From NCBI GenBank assembly GCA_044869275.1, contig JBIOXB010000030.1, positions 1 through 15,404 of the forward strand: a stretch of 15,404 bases of DNA, written 5' to 3'. Under the pieces are notes generated by a model. The model did not search any database and was not told the origin of the DNA. It saw only the letters and a program-made list of their open reading frames with translations. The position numbers were made by a program, and so were the translations under genes. Position 1 is the first letter of the stretch; each line of letters opens with the position of its first letter. Source of the DNA: a bacterium (GTDB taxonomy: Bacteria; Zhuqueibacterota; Zhuqueibacteria; Zhuqueibacterales; Zhuqueibacteraceae). Shown piece after piece: positions 9,066-15,404 of this stretch.

Positions 9066-9201
9066 ATCGGATTTTCAAACTTGAGTGTGGGCAGGGGGTG
9101 TATTCCGGCGGTTTTGCCAGGTAGTAGTGTATTTGAGGATTTTGTATTCCTGGAAGATACCTTCCGTCGAGGCTTAAAACGAGATGAAAAATTGAAATGA
9201 C

Positions 9202-9358
9202 CTAGCTTGACAATGTAGAGTCGGCTAAAAAAGCCGCTAGTTTTTGTCATTCTGTAGGAATCTTCCCCCGAGGCTTTGACACAAACCTAGGGAAGATCCC
9301 GAGGCTTCGGGATGACAAATTGAGAGGGGGCGAACTTAACTTAACATTGTCAAGCTAG
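9202..9358. mobile_element. MITE-like non-coding element with 15-bp terminal inverted repeats
   Basis: CTAGCTTGACAATGT (9202-9216) and ACATTGTCAAGCTAG (9344-9358) are exact reverse complements. Terminal CTAG (or TA) could be a target-site duplication. No coding capacity; encloses a GTCAT...ATGAC palindrome. Confidence 0.7.
9243..9319. repeat. GTCAT...ATGAC palindromic element nested in the MITE
   Basis: TTTGTCAT...ATGACAAA ends, inner pairing ATCTTCCC/GGGAAGAT, right hairpin ATCCCGA-GGCT-TCGGGAT (9296-9313). Confidence 0.7.
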
Positions 9359-9406
9359 TTTCGACTCAATAGATGATAGAAATCCGGAAATGCTGCAAGA
9401 ATTTAC

Positions 9407-9434
9407 TTGACAATTAATTATTTTCTGTTATAAT
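9407..9434 (+). promoter_or_regulatory. Consensus sigma70 promoter for lacI and probably the downstream genes
   Basis: TTGACA (9407-9412), 16-bp spacer, TATAAT (9429-9434), with extended -10 TG at 9426-9427. Confidence 0.85.
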
Positions 9435-9450
9435 GTAAACGTTTTCATTA
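9431..9450. promoter_or_regulatory. LacI-family operator 1 (cre-like), overlapping the -10 and expected start site
   Basis: TAATGTAAACGTTTTCATTA, a 20-bp palindrome with one mismatched pair and central CG. Core TGTAAACGTTTTCA fits the TGWNANCGNTNWCA LacI/CcpA pattern. Confidence 0.8.
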
Positions 9451-9475
9451 GTGCGAAGCCACTTCGCACTTTTTT
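9450..9475 (+). terminator. Intrinsic terminator-like hairpin in the lacI 5' leader
   Basis: AGTGCGAAG-CCA-CTTCGCACT, a perfect 9-bp stem, with a T run at 9470-9475. Confidence 0.55.
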
Positions 9476-9485
9476 GTGTTGAGGA

Positions 9486-9501
9486 ATGTAAGCGGTTACA
9501 T
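9486..9501. promoter_or_regulatory. LacI-family operator 2 (cre-like)
   Basis: ATGTAAGCGGTTACAT palindrome with central CG; core TGTAAGCGGTTACA. Confidence 0.8.
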
Positions 9502-9554
9502 AATTGGTGAACATAGAACGCTCTTCAGTAGTTTTCCAATTTGGAAAAATTCCA

Positions 9555-10574
9555 ATGAGCGTCACCATTAAAGAAGTGGCAAAGAAAGCCGGTGTCTCGA
9601 CCGCGACAGTTTCGCGGGTTTTCAATAATATGGGGATTGTCGACGTCGAGACACGCCGCCGGGTGCAAGCGATAGCCAAGGAATTGCGCTACACTCCCAA
9701 TGCGGTTGGCCGGAGCCTCAGCACCAAGCGTACGGACGCCATTGGGTTGCTGCTTCCGGATTTGCACGGCGAGTTTTTCTCCGAAGTCATTCGCGGTGCG
9801 GACCAATCCGCACAGCTTAACCGCTTCCATCTGCTGGTTTCCAGCTCGCATGTTTCGCGCGCCTCGCTGGAAGAAGTGTTGCAGGTGATGCGCGGCCGTG
9901 TGGACGGCCTGATCATCATGTCGCCGCATATCGACGCGCACACCCTGAAAAACAACCTGCCCAAAACCCTGCCGGTCGTCTTGTTGAACTGCCACGTCGC
10001 AGACGATTCGTTTGATTCCTTTAACATCGACAATTTCACCGGTGCCTATCAAATGGTGCAACACCTGATGCACCACGGCCATCAACACGTTGCCATCATC
10101 AAGGGCACGGAAAACAATCTGGATGCCTTGGAGCGTCTGCGCGGTTATCGCCAGGCGCGGCGGGAACACGGCGGGCACGCGGAAGGAGAGGAAATCCACG
10201 GCGATTTCTCCGAAGCCTCCGGCTACGACGCCGTCAGAAGGATTTTGACTTTGCAGCCCCGCCCCACCGCGATTTTCGCCTCCAATGATTCCATGGCCCT
10301 GGGTGCTTTGAGCGCCTTGCGCGAGCTCGGCGTGCAGGTGCCGCACGAAATCGCACTGGCCGGCTTCGATGACATCCCGGTGGCGCGCTATCTCTCGCCG
10401 GCCTTGAGCACGGTGCAGATCCGCATCAGCGAGCTCGGCATCATCGCGATGCAAAAGCTGTTCGAGGCCTTGGGTGAAAAAAACACTCACCTCAAGCAAC
10501 ACCAAGTGCTGCCGACGACGCTGATCATACGCGAGTCTTGTGGTTGTTCCAAACCGAACCAAACGCCATCATGA
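9555..10574 (+). CDS. LacI/GalR family transcriptional regulator
   Basis: Start placed at ATG 9555: MSVTIKEVAKKAGVSTATVSRVFN (LacI HTH). Hinge YTPNAVGRSL; sugar-binding domain motifs VDGLII, PTAIFASNDSMALG, GFDDI, PALSTV; C-terminal LIIRESCGC. Confidence 0.96.
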   Translation: MSVTIKEVAKKAGVSTATVSRVFNNMGIVDVETRRRVQAIAKELRYTPNAVGRSLSTKRTDAIGLLLPDLHGEFFSEVIRGADQSAQLNRFHLLVSSSHVSRASLEEVLQVMRGRVDGLIIMSPHIDAHTLKNNLPKTLPVVLLNCHVADDSFDSFNIDNFTGAYQMVQHLMHHGHQHVAIIKGTENNLDALERLRGYRQARREHGGHAEGEEIHGDFSEASGYDAVRRILTLQPRPTAIFASNDSMALGALSALRELGVQVPHEIALAGFDDIPVARYLSPALSTVQIRISELGIIAMQKLFEALGEKNTHLKQHQVLPTTLIIRESCGCSKPNQTPS

Positions 10575-10593
10575 AGAAAAGGAGGTGAAGCAC

Positions 10594-10629
10594 ATGGCAA
10601 TCCTGGTTTGCTGCTGTCGCAGTGCTTAG
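10594..10629 (+). CDS. Putative 11-aa micro-ORF MAILVCCCRSA
   Basis: Perfect SD AAAGGAGGTGA (10578-10588) ends 5 nt before ATG 10594; stop TAG at 10627-10629. No homology evidence. Confidence 0.35.
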   Translation: MAILVCCCRSA

Positions 10630-10749
10630 TGCTCCCCATTCTCACCGGCAAGTTCTTTTAGGCCTGCGGTACGTGATGGAAGAGTTTTTTGCCGCCGTAT
10701 TTTGCGGAAGCAAACGCGCTGTTGTGTCCAAATCAAGGAGGTTGTCGTT

Positions 10750-12660
10750 ATGAACAAAAGAATATTTGCTACGATGCTGGCTTACGCTGTGCTCGTTTTG
10801 GCAATATCTGCTCTTGGGCAACCCGCCGCACGCACGGACGCCATTTGGGCGCGTTCGACGGCCGGCGCTGCGATTACGCTGGATGGCCAGCTCAATGAGG
10901 CCGCATGGGCCCAGGCCGAATCGATCCATGTTTATTACGGCCAGGATTCCGGTTTGCCCGGCAGCGGCTATAGAAATGAAGGCGGAGCCGAGCCCGAAGA
11001 TCCCACCAATGCGACGCTCAAGTTTTTGACCGTGGGCAACAAACTCTATCTGGGCGCGTTCATCAGAGATAAATCCGTCGGTGGCGGCTTGTTCAACAAG
11101 TTCGATGGATTGCTGATGAACTTGCGCAGTCATGCCCGGCCCGCCCGGCCGGCGCCGCCCTTTGAGTGTTTTTACGGCTGGGTTACCGAAACCTGGGCCG
11201 ACCCTAACACTGGCAATGTCGGCGCCTCACCCGGTTTCTTCGGCCAGGCCAGCGGCTCAACGGATTCTGCCCGGGCGATTTGGAACGCGGTGACGACGGT
11301 GCTGGGCACCTCTAATGATGACGCCACGCCGGATGTCGGTTGGGTTACCGAAGTCGAATTCAATCTCGACGTCAAAAGTTTCAACAACAACCGCAGCGGC
11401 GGTTATGATGTGACGCGGCCGCAGGGCGATATTTTGGAGTTCAACATTTCCATTTATGATGCGGATTGGCAATGGCCGCTGGATGCCGCAAGATTCAGCG
11501 GCAACCGCGCCTGGTTCCAGGGTCCATGGGGCAACGCCAATTCCTTCAACATTCTGCGCATTTACGCGCGGCCGGATGTAACGGTGAGCTCCGGTGCGGT
11601 GCCCGTGATTGGTCCGGAAGTCACGATCAAGAATCTGGCGACTTCGGCGGCGCCGGTGATCGATGGCAATCTCAACGATCAAATCTGGTCGGGCGCTTCG
11701 AAATTCGATATCAGATATGGTGATGATGCTTTGCGCGCCAGCTACCCGGCGGTCGGTCCGTACCGCAGCGGGCAGTTTCAGCCCTCGATTGGTGGCGTCA
11801 CTGCAGCCGTGGTTGATCCCGCGGACGCCACGGTTTGGTATTTCTACAAGGGCAATACCTTTTATCTTGGCATCGATGTGCGCGATCAAGTGGTCACGGC
11901 GATCGACAACTTCGATCAATTCGACGGTGTCAACATCACCATCAATGATCGTGGCGCGACGGACGAGGCGGAGCACCGTCTCATCACGCGCGAGTTGATT
12001 GCGCGCGTGGGCACCGGCGGCACGCTCGCGCGCGGCGGGTATCTGCCTTTCCTGGTCGATAGTCTGAGCGGCGCCCAGGCTGGCCTCGCGCTCAAAAGCG
12101 GCTCCACGGTTGACAACCCGAATGACGTAGATGCGGGTTTTACGATCGAGCTGGCTTTTGATTTGACCAAGCTCGGGTATCCCGCAAATCTCGGCGACCG
12201 CGTGCTGTGGTGGGGTGTCACTCTGCTCGATGGCGATTCATTTGTCAATACCGCGGATAATTATGGCAACCGCGTGTGGTGGTTCCGCGAAAATGGCGGT
12301 TCCGCGGCGCCCGCTTGGAGCCATCTCGATGCCACGCCGGTCAGTGTGGTGGAACGCGGCGGTGAAGTGCTGCCGAGCCAATTCAGGGTGCTGGGCAATT
12401 ATCCCAATCCCTTCAATCCTTCCACGAACATCCGCTTCACCCTGCCGGAAGCGGGCACGATCACGCTCAAGGTTTTTGACTTGCTCGGCCGCGACGTTGA
12501 AACGGTAGCGTTGGGCTCGAGAGAGGCCGGCGCGCACGAGACGAGCTTCAATGCCGCACAGCTGCCCTCGGGTGTTTATCTCTATCGCCTGGAATTGACC
12601 ACGACGGCGGCAAAGAAGCTGATGTCCACGCAGTACGGCAAGATGGTGCTCATGAAATAA
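10750..12660 (+). CDS. Secreted protein with two CBM9/DOMON-like repeats and a C-terminal T9SS type-A (Por secretion)-like sorting domain
   Basis: ATG 10750 with AAGGAGG RBS and signal peptide MNKRIFATMLAYAVLVLAISALG. Repeats begin ITLDGQLNEAAW and PVIDGNLNDQIW. C-terminus NYPNPFNPSTNIRFTLP...LKVFDLLGR...LPSGVYLYRL...KMVLMK. Confidence 0.85.
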   Translation: MNKRIFATMLAYAVLVLAISALGQPAARTDAIWARSTAGAAITLDGQLNEAAWAQAESIHVYYGQDSGLPGSGYRNEGGAEPEDPTNATLKFLTVGNKLYLGAFIRDKSVGGGLFNKFDGLLMNLRSHARPARPAPPFECFYGWVTETWADPNTGNVGASPGFFGQASGSTDSARAIWNAVTTVLGTSNDDATPDVGWVTEVEFNLDVKSFNNNRSGGYDVTRPQGDILEFNISIYDADWQWPLDAARFSGNRAWFQGPWGNANSFNILRIYARPDVTVSSGAVPVIGPEVTIKNLATSAAPVIDGNLNDQIWSGASKFDIRYGDDALRASYPAVGPYRSGQFQPSIGGVTAAVVDPADATVWYFYKGNTFYLGIDVRDQVVTAIDNFDQFDGVNITINDRGATDEAEHRLITRELIARVGTGGTLARGGYLPFLVDSLSGAQAGLALKSGSTVDNPNDVDAGFTIELAFDLTKLGYPANLGDRVLWWGVTLLDGDSFVNTADNYGNRVWWFRENGGSAAPAWSHLDATPVSVVERGGEVLPSQFRVLGNYPNPFNPSTNIRFTLPEAGTITLKVFDLLGRDVETVALGSREAGAHETSFNAAQLPSGVYLYRLELTTTAAKKLMSTQYGKMVLMK

Positions 12661-12679
12661 GGTCATTTGGCCTCGGAAA

Positions 12680-12748
12680 CAGTCATCACTAAACAGTAAT
12701 CAGTGATCAGTAACCAGTATGTTACTGATCACTGAACACTGATCACTG
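12680..12748. repeat. Inverted heptamer array (CAGTRAY units followed by their reverse complement) forming a hairpin
   Basis: CAGTCAT CACTAAA CAGTAAT CAGTGAT CAGTAAC | CAGTAT | GTTACTG ATCACTG AACACTG ATCACTG. 12701-12714 pairs perfectly with 12721-12734 (14 bp). Confidence 0.85.
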
Positions 12749-12807
12749 GCAACAGCACGCCCCAGTTGTGATCTTTTTGTCCAAAATTCAGTCGAGGGAG
12801 GCGTCGT

Positions 12808-15404
12808 ATGCTCATGCAAACCGAAGAAAAGCACACCGGTGATGCCGGAATGGCCCCGGCCCTTCGGAACCAGCCCCACTTCGCTCGATTTGCTTTTTTC
12901 TTTTTGCTCTTTGCTCTTTGCTCTTCTGCTGCAGCCGGCACCACCGGCAAGCTCTCCGGCCGCGTGCTCGACCAGCAACAACAACCTCTCCCCGGCGCGA
13001 ATGTCATCCTCGCCGGCACGGCGTTGGGCGCGGCCACGGATCTCGAAGGTTATTACAGCATCATCAACATTCCGCCCGGAAAATACCGCGTGCAGTTCAC
13101 CATGATCGGCTATCAAAACCTGGCCGTGCAAGAGGTGCTGGTGACGAGCAACAACACCACGAAACTGGACGCGGAATTGGGTGAGGAAACCTTGACCGCG
13201 GCAGAGATCGTGGTCACCGCGCACCGCCCGGTGGTGGAAACGAATTTGACCAGCTCCGTGGCGACGGTGACCAGCGAGGAAGTGGCGGCGTTGCCGGTGC
13301 AAGAGTTGAACGACGTGGTCAATTTGCAAGCGGGCGTGGTCGATGGGCATTTTCGCGGCGGCCGCATCGGCGAAGTGCAATATCAGATCAACGGCGTCTC
13401 CGTCAATAACGCTTATGACAACACTTCGACTTTGCGCATTGATCGTTCGCTGCTGCAAGAGGTGCAAGTCATCAGCGGCACGTTCGACGCGGAGTATGGC
13501 CAGGCCATGAGCGGCGTGGTCAATGCCGTGCTCAAAAGCGGCTCGGAAAAATTCCAATTGAACGGCGAAGCCTTTGCCAGCGATTATGTGTTTAATGGCA
13601 CCTCCACCGATTATGCTTATCCCAGCAGCGGGCGCAATGTCATCGACCGCTTCGAGCCGTTTTCCCAGCAGAACTACCAGCTCAGCGTCAGCGGGCCAGT
13701 GGGACTTCCGCACACCACGTTCATTGCCAGCGGCCGCCGATTTATCAACGACGGTTATCAATTCGCGCAACGCCGCTTCGTGCCCACCGACAGCTCGGAT
13801 TTCCAGCAAAAAATCTTCAAGCCCACCGGCGACGGCAAAGAACTGCCCCTGGCGTATGCGCGCGAATGGTCCGGTTTGATGAAGGTCACCAATCGCTCCC
13901 TGCGCAACCTGGAGCTGGGTTATCAAGTCATTTTCAACGACCTCGATGCCAAGAAAAACAAATTCGATTATCGTTACAATCCGGACGGCGCCACCACACA
14001 GAGCACGATTTCCTTCGTGCACGGCTTGGATCTCACGCACACGTTGTCCCCCAAAACTTTCTACAACCTCAGCCTGCGCCAGAATTATTTCGACTATAAG
14101 GACTACGTGTATGAAGACGTGTTCGATCCGCGCTATATCGACGCCGGCGCGCCGATCAGCGACGACGCCTATGAAGGCGGCACGGCCGTGGTGCAGGGCG
14201 TGGAGCTCACGCGTTTCATCCAGCGCACCAACAGCCTGGTTTTGAAAGGCGCGCTCACCAGCCAGGTGGCGCGCGAGCACCTGGTCAAAGCGGGACTGGA
14301 GGTGCAAGTTTCGGACGTCGAATTCGGCTCTCCCGGCTACATCGACACGGTGATCGACACGGTGACGGGCACGCAAGGGCTGCAACCGTTTCTTGCCAAG
14401 CCTCCGCAGCAGCCGGGCATCAGCAGCTACCGTCCGATTTTTCTGTCGGGATTCGCGCAAGATCAATTGGAATGGAAGGATTTGATTGTGCGTGCCGGCC
14501 TGCGCGCCGAATATTTCGACGCGCGCGCGACGATTCCCAGCGATTTGCAGAATCCGGCCAATGCCATCGAAGGTGCGCCCATCTCCGTGCTCCAAAGCAC
14601 GACCATCAAAAAATCCCTGGCGCCGCGACTGGGCGTTTCCTATCCCATCAGCACCAATGCGGCCGTGTTTTTTGCCTACGGGCATTTCTATCAATTGCCC
14701 CCGCTCGGCCAGTTGTTCAATAATTCCGATTACACCATCCTGGAAGATTTGCAGGCCGACGTGGTCAACTTCAGCGTACTGGGCAATCCCGACATCAAGC
14801 CCGAGCGCACCATCCAATATGAATTCGGCTACAAGCATGCCTTGACCGATTTTCTCGGCCTCGACATCAGCATCTTTTACAAGGACATTCGCGATCTGCT
14901 CGGCGTGGAATTCGTTTCGACATACACCGCGGCCGAATATGCCCGCTTCACCAACGTGGATTTTGGCGACGTGATCGGCTTCACCGTGGCGTTCGATCAA
15001 CGCCGCCTGGGCATTTTCAGCAGCATGATCGATTACACCTGGCAGCGCGCGCAGGGCAATTCCAGCGATCCGCGCGAGACCGCGACGCGCGCCGAGGCCG
15101 GAGAGGATCCGCGGCCCGAGCAGATTCCGCTGACCTGGGACCAGCGCCATACGCTGAATGCGACGATCACCGCTTCCCAGCCGAGCAATTTTTCCATCAG
15201 CTCGGTGATTCGTTTCGGCAGCGGCCAGCCGTATACGCCGGAAATCGGCAGCGGCTTCGGCGCCGATTTGGAGCGCAATTCGGGGCGCAAGCAGTCATTC
15301 GTGCTGATCGACGCCCGCGCGGAAAAGTTCTTCCGTATGGCCGGCCTGAATCTCAGCCTTTTTGCGCGCGGCTTCAATTTGCTCGACACCCGCTTTGTGA
15401 ACGG
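12808..15404 (+). CDS. TonB-dependent outer-membrane receptor, 3' end beyond the window
   Basis: Translated by hand from ATG 12808 (GGAGG RBS; alternative ATG 12814). Signal peptide ending AAA|GTTGKLSGRVLD; carboxypeptidase-regulatory-like domain PLPGANV...GAATDLEGYYSIINIPPGKY; TonB box EIVVTA (13204); plug HFRGGR...FDAEYGQAMSGVVN; late barrel LFARGFNLLD is in the same frame at the window end. Confidence 0.95.
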   Translation, partial: MLMQTEEKHTGDAGMAPALRNQPHFARFAFFFLLFALCSSAAAGTTGKLSGRVLDQQQQPLPGANVILAGTALGAATDLEGYYSIINIPPGKYRVQFTMIGYQNLAVQEVLVTSNNTTKLDAELGEETLTAAEIVVTAHRPVVETNLTSSVATVTSEEVAALPVQELNDVVNLQAGVVDGHFRGGRIGEVQYQINGVSVNNAYDNTSTLRIDRSLLQEVQVISGTFDAEYGQAMSGVVNAVLKSGSEKFQLNGEAFASDYVFNGTSTDYAYPSSGRNVIDRFEPFSQQNYQLSVSGPVGLPHTTFIASGRRFINDGYQFAQRRFVPTDSSDFQQKIFKPTGDGKELPLAYAREWSGLMKVTNRSLRNLELGYQVIFNDLDAKKNKFDYRYNPDGATTQSTISFVHGLDLTHTLSPKTFYNLSLRQNYFDYKDYVYEDVFDPRYIDAGAPISDDAYEGGTAVVQGVELTRFIQRTNSLVLKGALTSQVAREHLVKAGLEVQVSDVEFGSPGYIDTVIDTVTGTQGLQPFLAKPPQQPGISSYRPIFLSGFAQDQLEWKDLIVRAGLRAEYFDARATIPSDLQNPANAIEGAPISVLQSTTIKKSLAPRLGVSYPISTNAAVFFAYGHFYQLPPLGQLFNNSDYTILEDLQADVVNFSVLGNPDIKPERTIQYEFGYKHALTDFLGLDISIFYKDIRDLLGVEFVSTYTAAEYARFTNVDFGDVIGFTVAFDQRRLGIFSSMIDYTWQRAQGNSSDPRETATRAEAGEDPRPEQIPLTWDQRHTLNATITASQPSNFSISSVIRFGSGQPYTPEIGSGFGADLERNSGRKQSFVLIDARAEKFFRMAGLNLSLFARGFNLLDTRFVN
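12892..12926 (+). repeat. Heptamer tandem repeat inside the receptor signal peptide
   Basis: GCTTTTT TCTTTTT GCTCTTT GCTCTTT GCTCTTC; the first unit is the exact reverse complement of the AAAAAGC unit at 1330-1385. Confidence 0.7.

Noticed and set aside
8721..9250. Short ORFs of 60-108 aa in the divergent intergenic region
   Set aside because: No motifs or convincing RBS; they overlap promoter-like and repeat DNA.
9206..9354. TTGACA hexamers in the MITE ends as promoters
   Set aside because: No plausible -10 hexamer 16-18 bp downstream on either strand.
9504..9554. N-terminal extension of LacI in the ORF track
   Set aside because: The LacI HTH begins at MSVTIKEVA (9555); the extension starts immediately after operator 2 and looks like leader sequence.
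9525..10562. 345-aa minus-strand ORF
   Set aside because: Antisense shadow of lacI.
10702..10749. N-terminal extension of the secreted protein
   Set aside because: The AAGGAGG RBS and the signal peptide both point to ATG 10750.
12700..15150. 816-aa minus-strand ORF
   Set aside because: Antisense shadow of the TonB-dependent receptor; no recognisable motifs, while the plus frame has clear receptor motifs.

Overview
GC-rich bacterial window with seven well-supported protein genes in two divergent blocks. Minus strand: a 1542-aa periplasmic-sensor histidine kinase (14 beta-propeller blades, Y_Y_Y, TM, PAS, GAF, PAS, HisKA, HATPase), a response regulator with no recognisable DNA-binding domain, a membrane-anchored TPR protein, and an SPFH/band-7 protein with a GYF_2-like tail. 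Plus strand: a glycan-uptake-like locus made of a LacI repressor, a possible 11-aa Cys-rich micro-ORF behind a perfect Shine-Dalgarno, a secreted protein with two CBM9/DOMON-like repeats and a T9SS type-A-like sorting domain, and a TonB-dependent receptor that runs off the window end and is absent from the ORF track. The lacI promoter is consensus sigma70, with two cre-like operators on either side of a terminator-like hairpin. Intergenic DNA holds three GTCAT...ATGAC palindromic elements (one with dRS3 cores), a 157-bp MITE-like element with perfect 15-bp CTAG-ended inverted repeats, and heptamer tandem repeats, one of which encodes the hydrophobic core of the receptor's signal peptide. A T9SS-like domain together with canonical sigma70 and SD signals suggests a non-Bacteroidia FCB-group host such as KSB1, Calditrichota or Ignavibacteria (inference). 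All product calls come from motif recognition by eye; no searches were run.
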